A DNA stretch of 64,000 nucleotides from Macrostomum lignano. Taxonomy: Eukaryota. The first letter of the stretch is position 1, and each line of letters begins with the position of its first letter. The stretch spans positions 1,426,001-1,490,000 of the forward strand of contig NIVC01000038.1 in NCBI GenBank assembly GCA_002269645.1, given 5' to 3'. The notes under the pieces are model-generated. The model made no database searches and was not told the DNA's origin. It worked only from the letters and a program-made list of their open reading frames with translations. Shown piece by piece: positions 1 to 32,010 of the stretch. The translations under genes were made by a program, and so were the position numbers.

Positions 1-430
1 ACCTGACTCTCAAATGGTGTTTTACCTGACTCTCAAATGGTGTCTTCCCTGACTCTCAAATGGTGTCTTCCCTGACTCTCAAATGGTGATTTCCCTGACT
101 CTCAAATGGTGTCTTCCCTGACTCTCAAATGGTGTCTTCCCTGACTCTCAAATGGTGACTTGCCTGACTCTCAAATGGTGAATTCCCTGACTCTCAAATA
201 GTGAATTCCCTGACTCTCAAATGGTGTCTTCCCTGACTCTCAAATGGTGAATTCCCTGACTCTCAAATGGTGTCTTCCCTGACTCTCAAATGGTGAATTC
301 CCTGACTCTCAAATGGTGTCTTCCCTGACTCTCAAATAGTGACTTCCCTGACTCTCAAATGGTGTCTTCCATGACTCTCAAATAGTGTCTTACCTGACTC
401 TTTAATGGTGTCTTCCTTGACTCTAAAATG
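1..430. repeat. Intronic minisatellite, 23-bp unit (ccctgactctcaaatggtgtctt)
   Basis: Direct tandem copies, degenerating at ~400-450. Confidence 0.95.
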
Positions 431-1044
431 GTTGCTCTGCTGACTCACAAATCTGACCCAAAATTCAAGCTTCTAACAGCACCATAGACTAAACAAATTA
501 ATTTACCAGTTAACTTTAAAAGTTTCATTCGATTCCCCACAAAGCAACGAAGATGTTTAAAAGGTTAAAATGTACTATTTGCAGTCGTTTCAGCATGGCT
601 ACTGGACCTGGAACCCAGCTACTTTGATTCAGGTAGTCATGGCAAAACCCAAACTTAAATAGTATCACCACCTGCAGAGTTACCACCCCAAAAATACCTG
701 GACTTTTTTCCTCATTTTTGTTGTTTGTGTCTGGATTGTTTCGCGTACCTGCCGTACAAATCAGTTGCTGTCCAACCCATAGACGAAATACCAAATAATA
801 TGAAAACGTCGATTTCATTGAGCATGTCGAAAATACGTTCGCACCTACATTTGTTAAAATGATTTCTGAAATGTCTTGTTTCATAAATTATAGGACTGAG
901 CCCGAAATAATTCTTTGCATCATTTGTTAGCTGCATTAAGTGCTGAACTCTGTTTACCTGAACCAGCTGTTTTATTTGATGTTCTCAAAACATAATGTTG
1001 CGCCGTGTTTGCCAATATTAAATGTGTTTAACTTTTTTTTTCAG

Positions 1045-21000
<19,956 letters not shown>

Positions 21001-21604
21001 ATATTACTGTTGATTTTAACAAAACATGCTTTGTTTTACTATTTCTACTAATATAAAACTGTGATATACTACTGATTAAAATAGTACCCATATTTCCCTT
21101 TCTCTTTGCCAATTGTTACTTTTATTTGTTTTAATGTTTTAATTTAAACGCTTTCTTATAAATTGAAAGCAAAATTGAACCGATCAATGTTCGCGTTTGA
21201 AACGGAACTATGCGCAAAATTGATATATTTAAAAAAGAAAATGTGTTGCTTTTTGCGAGAATGCTGAATTTTTTGCTCGTAAAATATAATCTAAAAGTAC
21301 TACTGCTAGTAAAAAGTATTTTAAAAATACGCTTTGACATGCAATTTTCTTCATTTCCAACACTTTAAACACAAGTTTAGTTTATTATCCGCTGGTAAAC
21401 GGAAACGCTGATGGAATTATAAATTTAGATACGATTTTCGTGCCTAGTTAAAGCGTCTGCAGAATAGATTCTGAATATACATGTTGCCCGTTTATAGCAA
21501 TGACAAATAATTATAAATATGATTAAGTACGCATGCCCTACATAAATATGAACAATTTGACAAAAATAAACTTAATTAAAAATAACTTGACAGAAAAATT
21601 TGAC

Positions 21605-22360
21605 AGTGCTCAGACCAACAGGAGAGTGCTCAGGCCAACAGGAGAGTGCTCAGACCAACAGGAGAGTGCTCAGACTAACAGGAGAGTGCTCAGGCCAACA
21701 GGAGAGTGCTCAGACTAACAGGAGAGTGCTCAGACCAACAGGAGAGTGCTCAGACCAACAGGAGAGTGCTCAGGCCAACAGGAGAGTGCTCAGACCAACA
21801 GGAGAGTGCTCAGGCCAACAGGAGAGTGCTCAGACTAACAGGAGAGTGCTCAGACTAACAGGAGAGTGCTCAGACCAACACGAGAGTGCTCAGACTAGCA
21901 GGAGAGTGCTCAGACTAACAGGAGAGTGCTCAGACCAACAGGAGAGTGCTCAGACTAACAGGAGAGTGCTCAGACCAACAGGAGAGTGCTCAAACTAACA
22001 GGAGAGTGCTCAGACTAACAGGAGAGTGCTCAGACTAACAGGAGAGTGCTCAGACTATCAGGAGAGTGCTCAGACTAACAGGAGAGTGCTCAGACTAACA
22101 GGAGAGTGCTCAGACTAACAGGAGAGTGCTCAGACTAACAGGAGAGTGCTCAGACTAACAGGAGAGTGCTCAGACTAACAGGAGAGTGCTCAGACCAATA
22201 TAAAAGTGTTTAGACTAACAGGAGAGTGCTCAGACCAACAGGAGAGTGCTCAGACTAACAAGAGAGTACTCAGACTAACAAGAGAGTACTCAGACCAACA
22301 GGAGAGTACTCAGACTAACAAGAGAGTACTCAGACCAACAGGAGAGTACTCAGACTAACA
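21605..22360. repeat. Intergenic minisatellite, 20-bp unit (ggagagtgctcagactaaca)
   Basis: ~37 copies between two convergent 3' ends. Confidence 0.95.
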
Positions 22361-22471
22361 ATATTATTACGCTCGTGATATAACGGCAGTGAATAGTTTA
22401 TTGAAAAAAATCGAATTTCGCAAACAATTTTGTGAAACATTCAACAGTGAATTCGGCTGGGCAGCAGCTGG

Positions 22472-25400
22472 CTACATATAGATCTCGCCTTGATCCTCGT
22501 CGCAAGGCTCTGTCGGCGTCAACGGAGGGCCCTCGACATCGTAGTCGTCTTGGGACAGAGCAAGGCTTTGAATTGCAGCCTCGTATCTGGACTGGTCGGC
22601 AGCCGAACTGAATTGTTTGTCTCTGTCAACCTCTTCGGGTAGGATGTAGCCAACTGAAGTGGCGGTGGGTGACAGGAAGTGATTGGGTGATGGGGAGTGA
22701 GTGGGTGATGGAGAGTGAGTGGGTGATTGGGAGTGAGTGGGTGATGGAGAGTGAGTGGGTGATGGCGAGTGAGTGGGTGATGGAGAGTGAGTGGGTGATG
22801 GGGAGTGAGTGGGTGATGGAGAGTGAGTGGGTGATGGGGAGTGAGTGGGTGATGGGGAGTGAGTGGGTGACGGGGAGTGAGTGGGTGACGGGGAGTGATT
22901 GGGTGATGGGGAGTGAGTGGGTGATGGAAAGTGAGTGGGTGATTGGGAGTGAGTGGGTGATGGAGAGTGAGTGGGTGATGGAGAGTGAGTGGGTGATGGG
23001 GAGTGAGTGGGTGATGGGGAGTGAGTGGGTGATGGGGAGTGAGTGGGTGACGGGGAGTGAGTGGGTGACGGGGAGTGAGTGGGTGATGGGGAGTGAGTGG
23101 GTGATGGGAAGTGAGTGGGTGATGGGGAGTGAGTGGGTGATGGAGAGTAAGTGGGTGATGGGGAGTGAGTGGGTGATGGAGAGTGAGTGGGTGACGGGGA
23201 GTGAGTGGGTGACGGGGAGTGAGTGGGTGATGGAGAGTGAGTGGGTGATGGGGAGTGAGTGGGTGACGGGGAGTGAGTGGGTGACGGGGAGTGAGTGGGT
23301 GACGGGGAGTGAGTGGGTGATGGGGAGTGAGTGGGTGACGGGGAGTGAGTGGGTGACGGGGAGTGAGTGGGTGATGGAGAGTGAGTGGGTGATGGGGAGT
23401 GAGTGGGTGATGGAGAGTGAGTGGGTGATGGGGAGTTAGTGGGTGATGGAGAGTGAGTGGGTGATGGAGAGTAAGTGGGTGATGGGGAGTGAGTGGGTGA
23501 TGGAGAGTGAGTGGGTGACGGGGAGTGAGTGGGTGACGGGGAGTGAGTGGGTGATGGTTAGTGAGTGGGTGACGGGGAGTGAGTGGGTGACGGGGAGTGA
23601 GTGGGTGATGGAGAGTGAGTGGGTGATGGGGAGTGAGTGGGTGATGGAGAGTGAGTGGGTGATGGGGAGTGAGTGGGTGATGGGGAGTGAGTGGGTGATG
23701 GAGAGTGAGTGGGTGACGGGGAGTGAGTGGGTGACGGGGAGTGAGTGGGTGATGGAGAGTGAGTGGGTGACGGGGAGTGAGTGGGTGACGGGGAGTGAGT
23801 GGGTGATGGGGAGTGAGTGGGTGACGGGGAGTGAGTGGGTGATGGGGAGTGAGTGGGTGACGGGGAGTGAGTGGGTGACGGGGAGTGAGTAGGTGATGGG
23901 GAGTGAGTGGGTGATGGGGAGTGAGTGGGTGACGGGGAGTGAGTCGGTGACGGGGAGTGAGTGGGTGATGGGGAGTGAGTGGGTGATGGGGAGTGAGTGG
24001 GTGATGGAGAGTGAGTGGGTGATGGGGAGTGAGTGGGTGACGGGGAGTGAGTGGGTGATGGGGAGTGAGTGGGTGATGGAGAGTGAGTGGGTGATGGGGA
24101 GTGAGATGGGGAGTGAGTGGGTGATGGGGAGTGAGTGGGTGATGGGGAGTGAGATGGGGAGTGAGTGGGTGATGGGGAGTGAGTGGGTGATGGGGAGTGA
24201 GTGGGTGACGGGAACTAAGTCGAATAGAAAACACAGGATTTCAGGGGCATTCAATACTAAATCCATAATCCCAACTTAGATGACCCGAGGGCCACCGCAG
24301 GTTGCAATCCAAATCTGAAACTTATTTCACTGTTTTAAAATTTGAGCCCAGCAATTCTAGCGGACACCACAGTGCCAGCATTGTAGGAACTCACAGAGGT
24401 CAGTGCCGGGCAGCCAGGCCAGCAGTTTCTCGCAGCGATTATCAGCATTGAAGTACAGCTTCCACACCTCGATCTTCTCCCCAGCGGTGGGGCTGAGCCA
24501 CACCGAGCGGGATTTGCCTTTGATTTTCATTTTCCGTTTAGAGGAATCGGAGATCAGGGACTCCTTGGTTTGCTTGAGCTGCTTGGCAATTGAGGTGCAG
24601 TCAGCGGCGAATACCCGCGCAACCAGGTGCGTGGCCTGCGTGATCTGGTGAGTGATGAGGATACGTGAGATTCTGGGACCTCATGATAATGATTGATGGG
24701 GATTCTGGAATACTCTGGGATCTCGCGATGATGATTGAAGAGGATTCCGGGAGATTCTGTTATTTCAATGATAATGATTGATGGAGATTCTGGAATACTC
24801 TGGGATCTCATGATAATGATTGATGAGGATTCCGGGAGATTCTGGGATCTCGCGATGATGATTGAAGAGGATTCCGGGAGATTCTGTTATTTCAATGATA
24901 ATGATTGATGGAGACTGGGAGATTTTGAGCAGTGAACGCGTTGACAGAGTAGTCAAATAGTGTGAGCAAAAAAAGCCAACAGACCCCAAAAGTTGGCCTC
25001 AAGCTTTCCGGAACGCAGTCTGGGAACAGAACAGCAGCCGGCTCTGGCTGCTGAGACTGAAGCATGTTTTTTGAAGCTGACCCGCCATCCTGGCCAGCCC
25101 TGTTTCGAATCCTTGAAAACGGATTCCTGCAAATTCGATAGTGTTAAGCTTCTGTTTCATTCTAATATTTCAAATTGAAAGTGGAAAACTCATATTTAGA
25201 TTAAATTGGGCAGGTGTGCAACCGACAGCTCAGCCGCAGCTATTTGCGCGGCACATCTGAAGGCTGCGTACGGCTGTTGAGGTAGCCACACACACCCTCA
25301 ATTATCCCAGCTAATGCTGGCACCCATTTTACAGCTGGGGTGAACTGAAGCAATGCAGAGTTAAGTGTCTTGCTCATGGACACAGATTGTTGCGAGTGGG

Positions 25401-28297
25401 TCGAGAATCGAACCTCCATGCTTCCAGTCGTGAGTCAGACTCTTTAACCACTAGTCATGAGTCTAACTCCACTGAATGCAATCGTAGTAGGTAAAATCTT
25501 AACGTGGTATATTGCAAAGTGGAATATACTCGTACCACTTCAATCTCGATTGTCAAAATTGACTTCAAAAATAGAAAACCGATTTACCCTGCCCTGCTAT
25601 GTTTAGTCTTCGTTTCTTTCGGCTTTGTTGTCTGAGCTTCTCCTGTCTCGTCACCGGATCGCTGCGGGTGCACGATGTCGCTTTCGATGGTGTTCTCCTG
25701 GCTAGATGACGCCGTAGTCTGTCTCGGCTGCCTCTCGGCATCGCTAAACGTATCGCGATTGCTGCAGTTTTTTATCGATCAATGACTATATCGTTACATT
25801 TGAATGCATTTTCAAATAAAGTTACTTGCAGACAAGGACCATACAGGACATACATTCAGTAGTGAAAATATTTGAATTACCAGGAGTAGGATAAAGTTAT
25901 CAGCTTCATCTATATTCCATCTATAACTTGGGATTTGCAACGCGCAAAAAAATCTGGCCGCTGGGTTTTAGTGCTTATATTCACTGCTATGAGGGCCAAG
26001 GTACAGGGAGTGTCCATGCTTGACGATTAGGAAACCAGAGCCACTGTACATCCAATGCAATCGTAGTAGGTAAAATCTTAGCTTGGTATATTGCTAAGTG
26101 CAATATACACTCAGCAACAGTCAAAACCGCCACCCTACCGAGAGAGGCGACTTTTCTCTCACCTCAACTGCAAGTGACGTAACTTGCGCCACGGCGTGGC
26201 TAAAGCTGGGTGAGAGTGAATTCCAGGGTGAGAGTACAAAAGGGACTGGGGTTGGGGTTGGGGTGCAACAGTACACGTGACAATGGTCAGGCATATGACA
26301 GACGCTGAACGATGGCGCGCTGTTGGCATGCTAGAAGCTGGTGCATCCATCAGCGCAGTTGCTCGCCAATTTGGCCGATCAGGTTCAACAATTCGAGCGC
26401 TGTTAACGAAGTCCCAAGAGACTGGTAGTGTTCAGCACGCAGCCATAGGCAGCCAGCGCCATGATCACCGCGGCTCAACAGCCAGGGCAAATCGACGTCT
26501 GCTGCGGATTGTCAGGCGAACTCCGACCGCGCCAGCCACCCTGCTCCGTCTGATGTGGGGTGAAAGAAGCAGATGGGGCAACATCTAATCTGCTAAGTAA
26601 AGTGCATCCCTGATTGCCCTCTCCTGCATTCACTCTCACCCAGCTTTAGCCACGCCGTGGCGCAAGTTACGTCACTTGCAGTTGAGGTGAGAGAGAAGTC
26701 GCCTCTTTCGGTAGGGTGGCGGTTTTGACTGTTGCTGAGTGTACTATTTCAATCTTGACTTTCAAAATTGACTTAAAAAATAGAATTGATTCAGCGTTAC
26801 GTCAGGTTGATATCGACTCTCAATTATTTTAATGGGTGTCACCACAGAAACACATATCGACTACTTTATACTCCCCAAAAATTTAACCAACATCTGAAAA
26901 GATGCGCTTGCCATAAAACTCATTTCACATCATTCTAGGTAGGCGATGCAAACACACAGGAGCCTATATAGGAAACATAGTGACATTTTGCCTGCGCAGA
27001 TGGAAGGTGCGTACAATGGCTGTACGATTAACAAACAATAATTCGCTTACCCAGCATCGGCATCTGAGCTGCTATTCTGCGCAGCAGCTGCCCCAGCCGA
27101 CAGCTGATGGCTATCAGTTGCACATTCCTCAGGCATTTCTAATGTTGGCGTTGTTGGCTCTGCTGGCTCAAAGAATTCGCTACCAATGGATTGCCGGCTC
27201 TTGCCTGGCTTGAATATCCTGTTTGCAGCGCCCAGTATGCTGAGTGCGAAGGGCGGGGGGGGGTTTGGTTGCAAGATAATTTCACGTTAGACATAGGCAG
27301 CGGCTGATACAGTAGTGTTACAGTTAGACGCGAATTTTCGAAACAATCGCTTCCTTTAGGCAGGATAGCAGCATAAGGGCAAGGCGCAGGCGTGTTTTAT
27401 AAAGTAGCAAAGCACAATTCAGCAAATTTTGCATGCACTTACTGCAGTTATTAATTCGAAATAAATTTATTGGAATGCGCGGTACGATGGGAATAATCTA
27501 TCATGCTGTCATGCGACGCCTAACGAATTTAGCATGTCACATACACAGCCATACATTGAAAGTTAAACTACTGAATGAAAATGTCCGATACATTATAATT
27601 GTTTACAAAGATTAAAGGCCTCTTACGCTCGTTTCTGAAACAAATGAATACAAGTTGCATGATTGAATCAAAATTTCAACCACAATTTCAATAAATTTCA
27701 ATAGTACTCATACACAGGCTGATCTATCAAAAGCTTAATGTATGCATGTTTCCACATAGTCGTGTTTTAATCTTGCATTTATAAAAAAACCAAACTAGTA
27801 AGCACTTTTAATAGAAAAATCACAATACTCTTCGGTAAATTCGCAAAACTTACGGAATCCTTAAATGAATTTTTAAGCGACTTAACGTAAGACGTGTCCT
27901 CGCTAATTTGCTTTGCTGGAGCTCCCAGTTCCAGTGATACACTGACGTCCGCCTGTCCAGCCACAGTGGCCACCGAGATATTGGCTCGCGCAATTCTATA
28001 CACAACTTTGTTAATCTCTATCGTGAACGACGGTGCTGCCACGCCTGGTTGGGACAGCTGAGGCGACAGCGGTGGTGGCTGCGAGCCAGCAGTGGCCGTT
28101 GCAGGGGCCGCAGGTGCCTCGGACGCTAAGCTTGCAGCATCCTCTGTCGGCTCTGTCCCCGGCTCGTTGAGGTACAGATTTCGGTCGGCCGCATCGACAG
28201 CTTGCGGATTGACCGGCTCGCGGCTTGGCGGAGTGGGCGGTCGGTCGTCTTCGACGTGAATTCTGGGTGGCTCGAAGTGCTTTTGCTGCTGTTGCAT
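22472..28297 (-). CDS. Multi-exon gene of unknown function, convergent with CFAP54
   Basis: Exons on - strand: 28297(or 28309)-27854 (donor gtaagt), 27239-27051, 25761-25588, 25126-~24980 (donor unresolved), 24644-24395, 22653-22472 (TAG). The phase joins between 27239-27051, 25761-25588 and 25126, and between the last two exons, are consistent. The join after the first exon needs a missing exon or another donor. C-terminal block: ITQATHLVARVFAADC...EVWKLYFNADNRCEKLLAWLPGTDLFGYILPEEVD; no family recognised. Confidence 0.7.
22680..24212. repeat. G-rich intronic minisatellite, 18-bp unit (gagtgagtgggtgatggg)
   Basis: ~85 copies; fills the last intron of the - strand gene. Confidence 0.95.
24655..24915. 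repeat. Composite intronic tandem repeat (atgataatgattgat...gattctgg units)
   Basis: Shuffled direct repeats of ~35-50 bp. Confidence 0.8.
25222..25463 (-). mobile_element. tRNA-derived SINE with CORE-like central segment
   Basis: On - strand: A-box-like gactagtggttaa, B-box ggttcgattct, then gtgtccatgagcaagacacttaac (CORE-like) and ccagctgtaaaatggg. Confidence 0.7.
26108..26741 (+). mobile_element. Internally deleted Tc1/mariner-like DNA transposon (634 bp)
   Basis: 114-bp TIRs 26108-26221 / 26628-26741 (2 mismatches); TA TSD at 26106-07 and 26742-43. Confidence 0.92.
26283..26588 (+). CDS. Truncated Tc1/Tc3-like transposase, N-terminal paired-like HTH only (101 aa)
   Basis: MVRHMTDAERWRAVGMLEAGASISAVARQFGRSGSTIRALLTKSQETGSV; no DDE domain. 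Confidence 0.8.
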   Translation: MVRHMTDAERWRAVGMLEAGASISAVARQFGRSGSTIRALLTKSQETGSVQHAAIGSQRHDHRGSTARANRRLLRIVRRTPTAPATLLRLMWGERSRWGNI

Positions 28298-30030
28298 GTC
28301 TGAGCGCTGTTAGTTGAGGGCTTCTTTGATATCTAGTTGATAGATTCCACGACTGGGTAATGATAGACGCCGGCTTTTATCTGCTTCGTGAAGTTGTTTA
28401 TTGTACAATCCACTCAAATTTAGCAGCAAATTTAAGTCATGACAGCCAATAAAGTTTGCTTCAACGGATTAAATGCTAGCCATGAAATACTACTAACTAT
28501 ATGCATGCATTAGTAGCTTACACTCGAATATCATCATCCGAATCCAATACAATATTGCGGACCATTTACTCAGCTTTCAGCCTAGACATTAGACACTACT
28601 CTTAGTTACGGGGCGGATAGAGACCTGAATTCCAAAGTTCAGCTCTGCCAATTCGGGACACGCCAAGCCAAGGCTTGCCATACCAGCAACTCCTGAAGAC
28701 GCACCAGAGCCACTATGCAAGCACATTATTCTAGGAAAAATTTTGCGTTAAGATGGGGGATTTGTGCTGTTAACATGGCTCAGACAAATACGAGTTACGT
28801 AACAGTACACTTCTGATTTACTATTCCCAAGTGTTGTGAAGTGAAAGGTGTAGTAGTAAAAGGGCACCCCGTCCTATACTTGTACCAGTAGTAGGGGTTA
28901 GTTCAACTCTGACGCACTTGCACGGGAGAGATAGGCGGCAATGTTAAAGGATAGGCCGCTATGTGGCGCAACACCACAGTAGCCTATAGGTCTAGCTAGG
29001 GGAGAGATAAGGGGCGGAGGGGGGTAGGGGTGCACAGGTACCAAAGCTATAATTGTCTAGCGTGTAAATAAATGGCTGGCCTTTACTGAACACTTAGAAA
29101 AAAGGAAAGGGGCCTTTGATTATCCAATTCTGATGCACTTGCTTACAGAGAGCGGGGTTTAATAAATAAGGAATTATTCTATTGTATGAGAGCACTTCAA
29201 TTCGTAAATATGTTTGAATTTGTTTGTATTATTGAATCTTGTATATGATTACATACATGTAGCTCTAAGTAATTTGATAAAACTGGCATAAAAATGCTTT
29301 AAATTTGAGTCCCCTTACAATGGAAAATTGAATACAGTGTTTATGAGCCTGTGTTTGTGGTTAATTACGAGCGTAGGTTTAAAACTTGTGTGTATCTAGA
29401 CTTGTTTTTGAGGGCAAAACTTTATGGCGAATGGGGCGGGGAAGCGTTGCTTTCTAGTAATTACCGGGGGTCCGTTTATGACTCGGGGTTAAAATGGACA
29501 CCAACGTATGATAATTTAATGAAAATAGTGGGTATAGTTATCAGTGTTGTTATAGTATGAGAGAAATGTGCTCTCTTCTCGGAGAAAGGGGCGAAAAAGT
29601 CCAAGAGCTCTCGTCATCGAGGACATCAGCTGCTGCCCGGTACTGAAAAAGCAGCCCGTTCATTTCGGCGGTTTGTTAGGGCCGCGGCAAGCCGACATAA
29701 GGCTCAGCTGGATGCTGCTAAGCAATTACGCTCCAACTTGCTAAGCCAGGTAATTAATGGCCGGCGTCATTCACCCGGCAAGTGTAGACAGAGGTGGCAG
29801 GACAGCATCAACTCAGATGACGACTTTGAACTAATCCCAGGAGAAGCAATGCACAGCCAGGAGGAAGCGGAAAAAGCATGAGTTGAAGCCATTGCATTTC
29901 CTATCCGTCAGGTGCCGTCAATTCGAGGAAAGCAAATGCTTCAACCCGATAGCCCTATGATTTTTGAAGAAGGCGACCACATTGAGCCTGATGAAATCTC
30001 ATTTTTCTCTGCTGCTGCTGCTGCTGCTGC

Positions 30031-30238
30031 TTTGCTTTGCTTTGCTTTGCAGGGGCAAGGGCGCCACGGCGGTGCTAAAAAACACCGCCGAGCCAGCGCC
30101 ACCGAACCCAGGGGATCGGCCGTCAAGATGCTGAGATCAGCTTCAATCTCACTGCCTAGACATATCGAGCGGGCTTGGCGGAGGGCCGGGCAGCTGAGCC
30201 AGTGCGCCAGGTCTTCCTCCTCGAAGCTGCACCGGGCT
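30031..30238 (-). mobile_element. 3' end of I-group-like LINE (family B)
   Basis: - strand EEEDLAHWLSCPALR...LSILTADPLGSVALARR, homologous to 34800-34937; (CAAAG)4 tail abutting (CAG)n. Confidence 0.8.
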
Positions 30239-30239
30239 G

Positions 30240-31083
30240 GCCGCACATGCATATTGATTTTCACGGATGGTTCGATTGATAAGGGAGGCAAAGGAGGGGG
30301 AAGCGTGGTGGTGACGAAGTACGATAACGGCGCGGTGGTCGAGAGGCAAATGGTGGCCGGCGGACAGCTCGCGTCCTCGATGCAGGCGGAGCTGTACGCG
30401 TTGAAAGAGGCAATCAGGTGGCTGGCGATTAACAACAACTGGCACAAAGCTGTGATTGCGACACACAGCAAAAGCGGGATCCAAGCTATAAAAAAGACCA
30501 GCAGGAACCCGATCGTCTGCAGCATTAGAAAAGCGCTGAGCGAGATGGAAGGGCGGGAGATGGTGATGCTGTGGATACCGAGCCACTGCGGGATCGTAGG
30601 GAACGAAGTGGCGGACGAATGGGCTAATCGGGCGGTCAGGGAAGTGAGCAATGAATGAATTGGAGTCATGGCGAGCACGATGGCGAAGATGGCGAGGAGG
30701 CGGAGTAGAAGGAAGGTGTGGAGGCACGAGAGGATGAGGGCGACGTACGGCGGCTCGGAGGGACCAAGGAAAGAACCGGAGTTCACGAGCAGGAAGGAGG
30801 AGGTTAGTTTTAGAAGATGGCATACGGGACACTCGCTGGAGCTGGCAGCGTTTAGAAAGAGAATCGGGCTGCAGCAGAATGGAAATTGCAGGCAGTGTGG
30901 CATGGAGGAGGAGACCATCGAGCACGTGGTGGCCTGCCCGGTTCTGGACAGCTGCTGGAGGGGATGGAGGAGCGGAGTTCTGAGTGAGGTTTGCATGAAG
31001 GCAGAGGAAGCGCTGAAGATGTGGGAGTGGTGGAAGAGGAAACCACCGGAAAGCAGCTAGACATCTACAACAACAACAACAAC
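30240..31083 (+). mobile_element. 5'-truncated RNase H-bearing LINE (family A)
   Basis: RNase H motifs IFTDGS..QAELYA..WIPSHCGIVGNEVAD; after a stop, RWHTGH..CRQCG.EEETIEHVVACP zinc motif; (CAA)n tail at 31068-31083. Confidence 0.88.
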
Positions 31084-32010
31084 CTGCTGCTGCTGCTGCT
31101 GACCCCCTGGCTGGTGCCACATCTGCTGCTGCTGACGCCCTCGCTGATGGCACCTCTGATGCTGTTCCAGCTTTTACTGTTCTCAATGGTCAGGATGACC
31201 TCAACGAGCTACTCGTACTAGCGTCAATTGACTTACCAACGATGGCGCCGACGAATCTTACAGATGCAACTGATTCAAAGGCTACGGGTAATAATCATAT
31301 TAATAACAATAACAATGCTACTAGCTATCTTACTTTGAACCTGGTGTTACCGCCTTTGAATGGAGCTGGCTATGTCGTGCATGTTGATGGTAATAGAATC
31401 ACTTTTACTTCAATGTAATTTTCTAGCTTTCTCCTTCTCTCTGAGCAAATTCTCTCCTTCTCTCTGAGCAACACACTCAAATTTACTTTAAATGTTTGTA
31501 AACGATGTAATTTGTATTGGCTGCGATTATAACACCTTTACTTTCAGTTTCGTTAAATATACTTACCTCGCATAATAACATCTCTGTGAAAGAATTGACT
31601 TTTGCTAATTATGAATTCGTCTTTATTAAATTTAAATTTGCAGTTTTGAAGTTACTGTTCCAATTTTTGTTTCCATGGCTGAAAGATTGTTAGCAGTTCA
31701 GGCTATTTTGAAAGTAGTGCTTTTCGTCGAAGGGAATCATTTTAGTTTACAATGAGACATTTTAATTAATCGCTAGATTTATTCAAATATCTCATTACTG
31801 CATATTTCGCGTTCCAAAATTTCAGTTAATGCAAGGCAATGATCTTGCGGACTATTCAGAGTCCGATAAGATACGGTCTGAATCTGAAACCTCATCTGAG
31901 ACGACGGAAAGTGATTGGTCGGAGACGACTAACACTGATTGGTCAGAATTAAGTAGCTCTGATTGGACCGAATCAACTGACTCTGCAGACAATAATCTAT
32001 CTGTAGTAAG

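Noticed and set aside
525-936. - strand ORFs of 119 and 74 aa, and the many GC-rich antisense ORFs overlapping CFAP54 exons and TE genes
   Set aside because: No motifs or splice context; expected shadows of GC-rich coding strands or chance ORFs.
22519-24279. Long His/Pro- or Trp/Ser-rich ORFs (571, 276, 256 aa)
   Set aside because: Translations of the 18-bp minisatellite; a period divisible by 3 and few stops make them open by construction.
25395-25463. tRNA gene
   Set aside because: A- and B-box-like motifs continue into a CORE-like SINE body; I could not fold a convincing cloverleaf.
29941-31186. 351-aa and 345-aa - strand ORFs
   Set aside because: Mostly antisense to the family-A RNase H; only the last ~60 codons of one match a real (family-B) LINE C-terminus.
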